Of a DNA stretch of 64,000 nucleotides, positions 1 through 11,854 are shown in pieces. Numbering within the stretch: the stretch's first letter is position 1; every line of letters starts with the position of its first letter. The notes beneath the pieces were generated by a model. It was given only the letters and a program-made list of their open reading frames with translations, did no database searches and was not told the origin of the DNA. The stretch lies in the NCBI GenBank assembly GCA_043228905.1, contig JBHGNT010000008.1, positions 6,572,001-6,636,000 of the forward strand, in the 5' to 3' direction. The DNA comes from Azolla caroliniana (Eukaryota; Plantae; Polypodiophyta). The position numbers and the translations under genes were made by a program.

Positions 1-625
1 AGCCAATTGATTCCTAACTTGGAGGTGCAAGGTTCGAATCCTTCCTTGCCCTCCTTGTATATGTATATATGTATAATATTTATATATTTATTTATCTAGT
101 CGCCGGACGCCGGTTGCCATCGGTTACCGGTGCCTCGCCGGATACCGGTGCCGCCGCCTCGCCGTCGCCGGATTGCCGTCGGATGCCGGTCTCTCACTGG
201 CGCCGGATGCCGTCGGATCACCGGCTCCATCACCGGTCCGGTTTTGGTTGGCCAAAACCCTTTACGAGTAGCTAGCCCACCTCCACTCTTAGTTCAAGTT
301 ACCTTGAACTCTCTATGCTCCACACATAGACACAAAGATAATATCTTTTGCTCCACCTTATATATGATGAGAGACGTATTTGTCGTGCCTGTGTGGGATA
401 TCTCACAATTTTCTCTTTTCCTTTCACAAACTTTATGCCCTCATATCTTGACATTTAGTTGTTCGTTTCTCGTGTAATAAAGTGCATTCGAAACCTCCAT
501 CATTTTGTACTTAGATATTAAATTTATTTAAAATGTTATCTTCACAATTATTGTATTATGTGATTTATACTCGATTTTGTACGTTTTATGGGATTTTCAC
601 ACTATTGCCGAAAATCTTCACGACA
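1..625. mobile_element. Terminal part of an LTR (separate gypsy-like element) apparently inserted into the LTR of the neighbouring gypsy element; truncated by the window edge
   Basis: Ends in ...aaaatcttcacgaCA (625), similar to the cgaCA terminus of the adjacent element (1014-1018). It contains a CCGG-rich tract (~100-245). Sequence from 631 on aligns to the middle of the other element's LTR (7721-7805). Confidence 0.55.
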
Positions 626-1018
626 CCGTATTGCATACCGGCCGATTTCCGGATTTACTTACCGGACCCGTTTTCCAGATTTGCTTACCTCCCGGTTTCC
701 GGTTTTAGGGAATTTGGCCACCATCATCCATCAAGACAAAGTGGCCAAAGTGCTCTTAGCACAAATGAAAAATGAGGGAGCTCAAGGTGTTTATATAGCC
801 AGGGCCTTAACTTTCCTATCTATGTGGGATAGTTCTAATTTCCCTATCTAATCAAACTTTATTTTCTCATAACTTGATATGTATTTCTCCATTTTGTATA
901 TAGTAAAATACATTTTGAAGCTCTTGAGTATATCCATCTTTCTATAGTAAGCTACTAATCTAATCTATAATAATTATTTCATTATTTTTTTACATAGTGT
1001 GTGAAGATTCACACGACA
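626..1018 (-). repeat. Remnant of the gypsy 3' LTR
   Basis: Begins TGTCGTGTG on the minus strand right after the purine tract; its left part matches 7721-7805. Confidence 0.8.
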
Positions 1019-1085
1019 TTCGCCCCCACCAAACCTGCACATCCACCGGTATGTGCCAATTTTGGTGAGGATTCATTTTTGTTTA

Positions 1086-4000
1086 CTATACTTTTTCATC
1101 GATGCTTAAGACTGAATCGTCAAAAGCTTCGAATCCAATTTCTATTCTATCTCTTCTCTTGAAGATCTTGATTCTTTTACCGGCAATTGGCAAGGCAAGT
1201 GGTGTACCATCCAGTTCTACTAAATGATATGTTGCATTATCTTCCACTTTCTTCACCACATATGGCCCAAACCATCGTTGTGAGAATTTTCGAGTCGTAC
1301 TATGTTGGTTATCTAGGCTACTGTCATAGACTAGCACCCAATCTCCTTCAACGATTTTCCTCGGCCGAAGTCGATGTCGTTTATCGAAGTCTTTCTTGTT
1401 CTTTAGCCTTGCATTCTTTAGTCGCGCTTTAGCCACCTCTACGTCTTCCAAATTCCGCTCTAATTGTCGAATCCTCAATGCTAGAAGATCTTCTCTACTT
1501 ATCTCATCTTGCCATGGCAATGCAAACCATGAAATAATACTTTGTTCTACCGGCATTATTGGCTTTTGTCCGAATATGAGCTCTATCGGCATGTATCTCG
1601 TCACCGTGCTATGAGTAGTCCTGTCAGCCCATAATGCAAATGGCAATAGACGTGGCCATTCTCCTATTTTCCCATGGCAAGCTTTCACTAGAGCCTTCAC
1701 AATCGGTCCATGTCCACGTTCCACCTTCCCATTTGCTTCCGGATTATATGCCATGGTAAGAGATAATTTGATTCCCATCCTCGAGAAGAATTCTCTAGCT
1801 TCATTGGCGTCCAACTCGCCTCTATCAGCCATTATCTTGCCGACGCAACCATATTTGCAAATAACATCTTCAAGAAGGAATCGGCATACCGATGATGTCT
1901 CCTTAGTTCTTAATGCTCGCCCTTCAACTTGATTGGTAAGATCCTCTCTCGCGAGCACAAGATACTTCATCTGCCATTGTCCCATTGGCATCATCACTAT
2001 GTCCACCATCCACTTGTAATGCATAGCCAACGGGTAAGTCGAATGAAGTCCATCTCGATGGCGAATATTCGAAAACATTTGACATTCCTTACATGTTTCT
2101 ACATAAGCTGTTACATCTTTGTAGATTCCCGGCCACCAATATTTCTCCTTAAGCTTCGCAAACATAGCCCATATTCCTCGATGGCCTGCAAAAACACTAT
2201 CATGAAATTCGGACATTAGTCTTTCTTGGTCTTCTAGCTTGCAGACAACTCTCATCGGAGTCCCATTCTTCTTTTTTGCATGCCTCCAAAGAGCTCCATC
2301 CTTAAGGAAATACTTGTATGCTTTCTTCCGAATTCGATGGAAGTCTTCCGTCGACCATGATTCATCTTTTTGGAGAGAACTCAAGTATTTCCCGATCTCC
2401 ACGAATTCGCCTTCGTAGTCCTCTTCTATGAAAGTAGTCAACACCCGAGCATAGGAACTTGCAAAGAAATCCAAGCCAACATCATCTTCATCAGAATGTC
2501 GATCTTCTTCTCCGTCGTATCTCACTCGTGATAGCATGTCTGCAACGACATTACGCTTCCCAGCTACATGACGGATCTCCGGGTTGAGTGATTTGATATA
2601 TGCAATCCAACGCAACATGGCAATATCCGGTGTATTACAACCACATATCATACCCAAAATTGGTAGGCAATCTGTCTCAATTATGACTTCTGCTCCAATA
2701 AGGTAATCACGATCAGATTTGATTGCCGAGACGATCCCCCATAGCTCCCTCTTCACTTGGGCATACCTTCTTTGCCTGTCACTTAACACTTTCGCGCCAA
2801 ACCGAATTGCATATCAGTTGCAATCTTCATCTTCTTGGTTGATAACCCATCCAATTCCGATTGGACTAGTATCCACAGTCACGAAAATGGGCTTGTCGTA
2901 TGAATAGTCCGCTTTCCGTAATGCAGGTGCCTCCATCAATAATTTCTTCAGCCTTCGGATGGCGATTGTATGCTCGCTCGTCCATTCAAACATCCGCTTC
3001 TTCTTTAGTAGACCATATAATGGCTCAGCAATGTGGGCGTAGTGTGGAATACAAATATGATAAAACGCGCATGCTCCAAGGAACCTTCGAACCTCCGTTT
3101 GGGTTACACATTCTTCTTTCATGTCTTGAATTGCATTCACCTTGGATGGCGAAGGCTTCCGACCGTATGCTCCACACAAGTGACCTACCACCAGGATCTC
3201 CGGTTGCCCGAATGCGGATTTTTCTCCCGAAAATGTCAAATTCGCATCTTCGAGCCTTTGGAGCACCTTCTCGCAATCTTTCATATGATCCATGACGAAC
3301 TTTCTACATCCATCCTTATCTTTTGATTCATCCTTCTCTTCATCCGAACATCCTTTTATCGGAATATCATCTAAGAATGGCATCGTGATATCCGGGATGC
3401 AATCCTTCAAGACCTTGTTCATGGCATTCACCATATGAGCTACCGAGTTCGTTGCGCCTTGAGGTAAGGTACACATCCGCACCAACCCGATTGGAGTTCT
3501 CATGGTTGTAATGTCACGACTGTCGACCGCCAACTGGAATTGATCGTAGCCAAAGTAAAGATCGCCGATGGAGTAGATGGACCTGCCCGCAAACGCCTCG
3601 GCAAATTCATCCACACTCGGACCAATTCCAGCATTCCGAATTGTCACCTTGTTGACGGGTTGAAGATCTTGAATGAATCGCAACGATCCATTCTTCTTTG
3701 GCACCATGAACCACCTATTAGAATAAGGAGCATTCGACGGTTCTAGAATTCCCATCCTCACCTTCTCCTTTAAGAGCTCGATCAACTTCGGTAGGTGTGC
3801 TCTCGGAACCGGTATCGGTTTCAAATTCCAAGGCACATGCGGCACCGTGAAGATCACCATCGGTTCTACCGTCCTTGGATTAGCACACCCGATTTCTTGT
3901 GGAAAAAACGCGAAAGCCTTCCCATGTCTTTCAAGCATTCCACGAAACATCCGCTCCTCTTCAGGGAGGAGGAAATCCTCTCTTCCAACTCGTAGCTTTC

Positions 4001-4534
4001 CCTTCGTCTCTTCAGTGAAGACGTGACCAATTGTATTTGGGTTCCTTAAGCTTGGATCTTTTGCAACTTCCTTCATCTTTTGCCAGCTATCTTCCGGTAG
4101 CGGAATTGCAACTGGCTTGATCTTCCTATCCACGGTTTTATATTTTGTGTTGACTTCGACTTCCTCTATCAAGATGCCTCGATGATATTCATCGATGATA
4201 GTATACATGTTGACGGAGTTAACCGAAATCACATGTTGATGGTGAGGATAGCTCAAATCCACGACTTCCTCGATTTCGCCGATGGTGTCGTTAAATGAGG
4301 TTTCCTCCAAAATATATGACACGAATTCTTCTTCTTCGATTATGCTTTCTTCTTTCAACACCTCCTCGAAGTCTTGTATCTGACACTTTTCCTTCTTGTT
4401 GAGTAGTCTAAGTTTGCATGCGCCGCCAGGTGTGATGCATGTTGCTTCTCCTTGCAATCCACGCACTTTGCTTCCTTGTGGGGACTTATGATTGCTCAGA
4501 CTATTTTTGCCCCATGCTTCAATAGTCCGCTTTA
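1086..4534 (-). pseudogene. Gypsy pol (RT, RNase H, integrase with GPY/F), one nonsense codon at 2814-2816
   Basis: ORFs 2814-4466 and 1086-2789 are in the same frame. Motifs: LPQGATNS, FLDD (RT); VTVDTS, ETDC, ADMLSR (RH); H..GH..C..C, VDIV, ADRG, NGKVERGH, WFGPY (IN). No chromodomain. Confidence 0.92.
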
Positions 4535-6727
4535 AAAATCCGAGGATTCGCCTCCAAGGATATCTCGGTTCCTTTCATGATTAGCTCGCACCGTCAGGAA
4601 TTGAACGGATCTTTTACTATCAAGACTCTTGACGCGCACGAAGGCTGCTCCATTATCGAACACCTTGGTCTCCATCTGGGACGATGTTATATATGGTTGT
4701 CCTAGGATGACGGGATGTGAAGCCGAGTCTTGCACGAAGAAGTGTTGATCAATTTCTACATCCCCGAGGCAAGCTCCGTACAAGTCCTCCGTAGCCTTCG
4801 TCACCGCTCGAATCTTCCATCCGTGGTTTGTATTAATCGGCCATCTTCCTTTCTTGTAAAACTCAGTCGACATGAGGTTGATCTCAGAGCCATGGTCAAT
4901 CAAAGCGACCACGGTCTCTTTCTTCTCCCCGATCTTCACCGGTGTCTCCATTGTCGCTCTTGCCCAATGAGGCCGCGAGTAATGACTATTTGCCACCACT
5001 TCTTCTTCTTCCTCCTCTTCCGATCTTGCCATGGTTATGGCACTTGTTTTCACCTCCTCTTCATCAGATTGTTGCCGCTTCCTCTTAATAAGGTCCACGA
5101 TAGTATCATGGAACTCCTTCGCGATCCCAAGTAGCTCTCTCAAGGTAAGGTCAACATGACTATCTAAAACCTTCTCCTCAAGGACCTTCCGCAAGTTAGT
5201 TGTTTGTTCTATGTCCGACCTTAGCTTGTAAGTCGGTGCCGCTCATTCTTTTCCTTTCTTCGTTGATTCTTCGACTTCCATCCGAGCAGGTTGGCTCGAT
5301 CCATCGGGCTTCATGTTTGTTTCACCAATCTCTTTTCTTGGGATAGGTTGGGGTGGCCCTTCTTTCCCTCCGTTCCTCGTGTTAGGTCGCTTTGATGTGC
5401 CATCTTCTTCACCGGTTCTCTTCCTCTTCTCTTCGACAAGGGCTTCATAGGTGTCACACACAACCTCCGCAAAGCTTGTGTTTTCGTCGATTGGATCTGA
5501 CCATCTGGTTGCTCGTCGCACGTTTCAGTCAGCAAGTTTTAGATCCTCCGAATTGATTTTGCCTTTTTCTTCGCACTCGAAGACCGTTGGCCAAAACCCA
5601 GCTCCTGGCTTGATCATTTTAAGATTCTCTTTTCCAACTCGTATCCCAGCCGAAGCGGCATAGTGCATAGCCTCCACATGCCTTGCATCTTCTTCTTCTA
5701 CAATCTTTTTCAGCCCACCTCTTCCGAAGTTCACTCGTAGTGGCTTCCGGGTCTCGCTTGAGTGAATCATGTTGCCGTCCAAATAGACGACATTCTTGCG
5801 GATCGCATCTTGCAAGTCAGCACATTCCCTTCGTGAGTGTTCAAAGCTATCGCACCACACACATCTATACGCTTCTTTTCCCTTGGGCCAGTGTCAACCT
5901 AAGTTGGCTAGCGATACCGCTTCAAACTTCTTGGAGAGCTCTTCGATTATAGACTCCTCCATTGCTTTCTTGTCGAAATTGTTGATCGGCTTACTAGGCT
6001 CAATCGTCGTAGGTGCCTTCTTCCACAATTGTGTATTCTTGACCTCAGCTTCCTCTTGCCATTGTCGCCGCTTATCAAAACGGCTGCAAGCCTTCTTCAA
6101 CGCCACCTAGTCCGCTACCAAACCATTTGGTTGTGTTTCGTCCTCCAAGAAACTACCCAATTCTTGCCGATCTTTCGCATCCATTGCCTTTAGGATTAGT
6201 AAGACTTTATCTCCGTCGAGAACTCTTTGCTCGACACTCGGAAGTCGGTTGTACTTTTGGTCAAATTCGGCATAAATTCCCGATGCACACAGATTCTTCC
6301 CTTTCTTCTCGATCCAATTCATTAACGTATGTCGAGTCATCCGCGATGCGTCTTCAAGCATGTATTCAGTGAGAAGAGCCCTTTCGAACTCTGCCCAAGC
6401 TGCATGCTCGTTTTGGATCTCCATCACGTGCTCACGGATCCTGGGTTCTACCACACGCTTAAACCTTGAAATTTGTTTTGGATCATGGACATCTCTTTGT
6501 TGCATCTCATTCCGGTAGGTAGCAAGGAAATTTGTGATGTTCTTCCCACCGAATCTTCCAACTGTCTCCACAGTTCGGTCAACAGCTTTGTCGACTAAAG
6601 CCTCCCGATCTCTCTCTTTCAGCATGAATTCGAAGACGGACACCATGCCTTTTGTCAATTCTTCTCCTTGAGTTCCACTTGTCGAAGCCATCTTCGTACT
6701 TGATATCCTCCTACTGCCTCGTTTCAC
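4532..6727 (-). pseudogene. Gypsy gag-protease frame with four in-frame nonsense codons
   Basis: ORFs 6107-6727, 5894-6106, 5525-5860, 5243-5521 and 4532-5194 share one frame. CxxC-x4-H-x4-C knuckle (C.WCDSFEHSRREC) and aspartic protease motif ALIDHGSEIN...ILGQP. Confidence 0.88.
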
Positions 6728-6740
6728 GTCGGGTTCACCA
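6723..6740 (-). other. Primer binding site complementary to the tRNA-Trp 3' end
   Basis: Plus strand TTCACGTCGGGTTCACCA matches, from recall, the 3' end of plant cytosolic tRNA-Trp including CCA. It lies 4 nt from the LTR edge at 6745. Confidence 0.85.
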
Positions 6741-6744
6741 AAGA

Positions 6745-7805
6745 TGTCGCGAAAATACGACGAGGATACGTGAACGTTGAGGCAAGACCCCGGGGCCTTT
6801 GTCTAGAGGATATCAAATTCGTGTATTTATATACTAAGAATTAACCAAAATGAGAAAGATTAACAAATTTCATTAATAAAAGGGAAGAAAGATTACAATC
6901 AATCCCAAGATTGAGATTACAAAAGTTTATCTTATGGAGATGATTAGAATAATAGATTAGAGGAAATAAAAGATTATGATTCTTGAGTGATATGGCTTTG
7001 ACAAGGAATTTTGGATTTTGAGAGATTGCTTCCGTATAGAAATTATGGTTTACTTGAGAGATAGCTTCCGTAGGGAAGATTAGGGTTATTGGCTTCGATA
7101 AGATAAGAGAGCCCCCAACAAAAGAAAAAAAAAATTTAGATAATATGGAGAATGAGTCCTAGTGTAGGAAAAAAAAATGGAATAAATATGGAGTTCTCTC
7201 TTGATCATAGCCTTCCACTTTTTGTTGCATGGCCTCTACTTTTAGTTGCCTAGCTTTTTCTTTTGGTTGCATGTGACTGTCCACATGACCTTTACTTTTT
7301 CCATGCACTCCTTCTTTAGTTGCTTGCGTCCACATGGCCTTTACTTTAGTTCTCTTCAATTTACTTTAGTTTGTTGCATGATCCAATCTTTCGTCCGTCC
7401 GCGTCCAACCTCGTCCGGTAGCCGGTTCCATTTTGCTTGCCGGTCGGTTCCGGTTCCGATTTTGCTTGCCGGCCGGTTCCGGTTTGCTTGCCGATTCCGG
7501 TTCCGGTTTTGCTTGCCGACCGGTTCCAATTTGTTTGCCGGTTCCGATTCCGGTTTTGCTTGCCGGTTGGTTCCGGTTTTGCTTACCGGCCGGTTTCCGG
7601 TTTGCATACCCATTCTGGTTCCGGTTTTGCTTGCCGGCCTGTTCCGGTTTTGCTTACCGGCCGGTTTCCTGTTTGCATACCCGTTCCGGTTCCGGTTTTG
7701 CTTGCCGGCCGGTTCCGGTTTTGCATACCGGCCAGTTTCCGGATTTGCTTACCGGCCGGTTTCCGAATTTACTTACCGGACCCGTTTTCCGGATTTGCTT
7801 ACCTC
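6745..7805 (-). repeat. Gypsy 5' LTR (distal part lost), including a CCGG-rich minisatellite at ~7415-7800
   Basis: Starts TGTCGCG next to the PBS; contains many copies of ccggttttgctt(g/a)ccgg. Confidence 0.82.
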
Positions 7806-7807
7806 TC

Positions 7808-8033
7808 AGAAATACGAATCACAGAAATATGCCAAGAAAAAAAAAAGACAAGATGAACAACGGTGCATAGAGATTTACGTGGAAACCCTAAAACGGGGAA
7901 AACCACGGGTGAATAGAATCTTCACTATACAAAGTGGATATACAACACCGAGAGGAATACAACACTCTATCGAGTGTATCAACTGCACAGGGCTCTTCGC
8001 GTCTGTTGTTACTCACACAGTTATGGCGCGGCT

Positions 8034-8079
<46 letters not shown>

Positions 8080-11000
8080 CTCCTCCACACTACAACTTCT
8101 GTTACTACTCTATTCGTCACACACTTAAAGTTTCCCCTAGTTGCATATATACTTACACAACTTTCTGTCTATTTACATACGTAGCCCTCATGGGGCGCAA
8201 ACTTAGACTATTTACAGATATAGTCTCCCGAGTTGGCTATTTACACAATTATGGTTTCGGCCTCAGCCGAGTCCCTCATCAACTTGGTTCCCCTTTGTGT
8301 CGGCTTTCCAAACGGCCGGATCTTCCTCCCACTGGAGGGACATATTTCCCAACAAACTCCCCCTTCACTCCTGTGGGAGGAAATTTGTCAGTCCTGTATT
8401 TTGTCGACTAATTTTGAGTCTGTCCATAGGTAGGTTCTTCGTCAGCATATCGGATCCATTGTCGTCAGTATGGATCTTCACAACAGTAAACTCTCCATCT
8501 TCGACTCTCTCCCGTAGCCAGTGATACCTTCTCTGTATGTGCTTGGTCCAGGAGTGGTATGTCGCGTTCTTGGCTAGGTGTATGGCGCTTTGATTGTCAC
8601 AGTGAAGCCAAGAACTCCTTTTGCTTCAGGCCTAGTTCGGTGAGAAAACTCTTCATCCAGATCAGCTCTTTTCCAACCTCTACCACTACCATATACTAGG
8701 TCGTAGGTATAGTTCGCGTGCAAGGATTCCATCTCCTCTTGCATCGCGTTCAACCATTTTTCTCTGCTCTCGTTGGCAATGGCTTCTTTATAGAACTCCG
8801 GTTCACCGTCATCAATCAAGAGGATGTATTGATTAACATATGTAGTTGGTGCCTTCTTGTCTCTGAGTGGGTATCTCCTTCCACTCATCGTTGGCTCTCT
8901 TTCAGATGTCTCTACCAACTCTTCTCTTTGCTCAGGATTCTACTCGTCAATCGGCATCTCCAGGTTGGATAACTCCAACTCATATTCATCAATTGACTTC
9001 AGCAGCTCTGCCAACTCTGACTCATAGTCTGTCGATCTTTCCGAGTTGACCGACTCAGATTCGGCTCTGTCGGCCAGCTGTCTCCTTACAGCTGTCGGTG
9101 ACGACTCACTTGGCCTTCAGTCGATGGTAGTCGAGGTTGATTGGGGAGTCGGTTCCGACTTCTGTTGCTTCCAGTCTTCAATTGTCTTATCTTCTAGAAA
9201 GACTACATCCTGACTTCTCACTACCTTCTTGTCGACTAGGTCCCATAGCCTGTAGCCGAACTCATCTTCCGAGTATCCCATGAATATGCATGCTTTCGAC
9301 TTGTTGTCGAGCTTTGACCTCTAATCCCTTGGTACATGCATATATACCAAGCATCCAAACACGCTCAGGTGTTGGTAGGAGACATCCTTTCCTGTCCACA
9401 CTCTCTGTGGGACATCACCCTTTAGAGGTACTAAGGGAGACCTGTTGATAAGATAAACAGTTGTGTACAACACCTCAACCCAATAGGATTTCGGCAGTTT
9501 CGCATGAGAGAGCATGCTCCTTACTCTCTCCATGATTGTTCGATTCATCCTCTCTGCAAGCCCGTTCAATTCTGGGGTCTTTGGCACTATGTATTCGATC
9601 CAAATACCTTGGCACTTGCAGTATTCCTCGAACTGCCCTTTGTACTTGCCACCGTTGTCGGTTCGGACAACCTTTAGTTTCCGACCCGACTCTCTTTCGG
9701 TTCTTGCTTGGAACTCCTTGAAAACCGACAGTACTTGATCCTTCGACTTCAGTACGAAGGCCCATGTCTTTCGACTATGGTCATCAATAAATGTCACAAA
9801 ATATTGTCCTCCTCGATGCGATGGAGCATCCACATAGCACACATTCGTGTGCACTAGTTCCAGTGCAACATCTCTTCTCCTCTGTGGTCTAGTGTAGAAT
9901 GTCGCCCTGTTCTGCTTTCCGGCTAAGCAGTCGACACACTTCTCCAGGTGCACTCCCTTGACTTCTGGTAGAAGTTTCTGGTCTACTAACAGGTGCATTC
10001 CCTTCTCACTCATGTGGCCTAGCCTCTTATGCCATATCTCCCCTGCCACGTTTACTTCCGATTTGCACAGTCGGGCATGCATCATGTACAATGTGCCTTC
10101 TTTCTGTGCTCGGGCCACTATGAGATTTCCTCGGCAGAACTTCCACTTACCATTTCGAAAGCTACCACTGTAGCCTTCGTCATCAAGCCTTCCAGTTGAT
10201 ATCAGATTCAATCTGATATCGAGGACGTGTTGAACATCCTTCAACGTCAGTCGACACCCTATCGACATCGTTAAGCATACACTTCCGACTTCGGTTACCT
10301 TGCACTCTCCACTATCACCCATCTTTACATAGCCATGATCCCCAACTATGTAAGTCGAGAAATAGTCTCTCAACGGAGTAATATGGAAGGATGCGCCGGA
10401 GTTGATCACCCACGTGCAATATTCACTCGCAAGATTTGCACTCGTCTGGTCACAAATGAACAGGAGTTCTTCATTGCTCGTAGCAATGGCCGACGTGTTC
10501 TTTTCATCCGGAATCTTCCGGGGTTTGCCAACACTCTTGTCTTTTCTCGTGTGTCGGCAGTCCTTCTGGAAGTGTCCAAGTTTTCCACAATAGAAGCACA
10601 TAGGCTTACCTCTAGACTTCGATTTGGCATGGGATTTGTCCGTTCGTTGCGGACTTCCTCTCCGCCGGTCCCTTCCTCTGTCCATGTGTTGAGTCAGATT
10701 CGACTCCGTTTGGGACAGGACTCCTTTGTCTTTCCTCCTTGCCTCCTCGTTTAGGATGCTTGTCTTCACCGTCTGTAAAGACAAGTTCTCTTCTTGACAG
10801 GAGGTGTTGAGAGTAACCACCAGGTTCTCCCAGCTTTCTGGCAACGTGCACATCAGCAGGATGGCCTGCATTGTGTCATCCAGGGGAAACTTGGTCGCTG
10901 CAAGTTGATTCACATACCCCATGAATGTGCTAATGTGTTCGACGATGCTCTCACCATCTCTGTATTTCAGCCGTACGATTTTTCTCATTAGCGAGGTTCT

Positions 11001-11854
11001 GTTTAACGCGTTCTTGCTCTCGTACAGACCCGACAGCTTCTGCCACATCCCGTGGGCATTCGTGTCGTTCGCCACATGCTAAAGAACACTTACATCGACA
11101 CATTGTCGGATTGTGGCCACCGCCTTCCTATTCAAAAGCTTCCAGTCCGACTGGCTCGTACAGGTCTTTAACTATGAGAAGGTCTTCCATCTTTATCTTC
11201 TAGTTTGCATAGTTCTGTGAGTTCAAAACTATCATACCTAGGAAACCGCTAACACCGCTAACATTCATGCTTGCACCTCAAGCTCTGATACCAGTTTGTC
11301 GAGAAATCATTGTGGAATAAATCACAATAGACAAATAATGCGCTGAAATATGAATCACAGAAATATGCCAAGAAAAAGACAAGATGAACAATGGTGCACA
11401 GAGATTTACGTGGACAATGGTGAACATAGGTAAATAGAATCTTCACTATACAAAGTGGATATACAACACTGAGAGGAATACAACACTCTATCGAGTGTAT
11501 CAGCCACACAGGGCTCTTCGCATCTGTTGTTACTCACACAGCTATGGCGCGGCTCACACACACTCTCTCTGTCTCTCGCACTCCTGCACACTACAACTTC
11601 TATTTCTACTCTATTCATCACACAGTTAAAGTTTGCCCTAGTTGCGTATATACTTACACAACTTTCTATCTATTTACATATGTAGCCCTCATGGGGCGCA
11701 CACTTAGACTATTTACAGATATAGTCTTCCGAGTTGGTTATTTACACGATTATGGTTTCGACCTCGGCCGAGTCCCTCATCAACTTGGCTCCTCGAGTGT
11801 CGGCTTTTCGGAAGATCGGATCTTCCTCCCACTAGAGGGACATATTTCCCAACA
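7808..11854 (-). mobile_element. Ty1/copia LTR retrotransposon (Tnt1/Tork-like) with most of RT deleted
   Basis: LTRs at ~7808-8354 and 11297-11854 (TGTCGAGAAA...TTTCCCAACA). Met-iCAT PBS (gctctgatacca, 11282-11293), PPT at ~8355-8370, gag-PR-IN ORF, and RNase H remnant CDNQSAIHLAKN...TKHI. Confidence 0.93.
9321..11075 (-). pseudogene. Copia gag-protease-GAG-pre-integrase-integrase
   Basis: CFYCGKLGHFQKDC knuckle, WVINSGASFH (protease D->N), WHKRLGH, RTDNGG, NGLAERMNRT. Confidence 0.9.

Larger units (their letters stand above)
626..7805 (-). mobile_element. Ty3/gypsy LTR retrotransposon, non-chromovirus (Phygy-like, DUF4100-like region), both LTRs truncated
   Basis: Domain order gag-ZnK-PR-RT-RNaseH-IN on the minus strand. 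PBS at 6723-6740, PPT-like ggtgggggcgaa next to the LTR edge at 1018, and shared LTR sequence 631-691 vs 7721-7805. Confidence 0.93.

Noticed and set aside
1-55. Functional tRNA-Arg(CCT) gene
   Set aside because: The anticodon stem does not pair, there is no poly-T terminator and the 5' half is outside the window; kept only as tRNA-like.
7246-8184. Long overlapping ORFs (312, 145, 139 aa)
   Set aside because: They arise from the stop-poor CCGG minisatellite and LTR sequence, and one spans two different elements.
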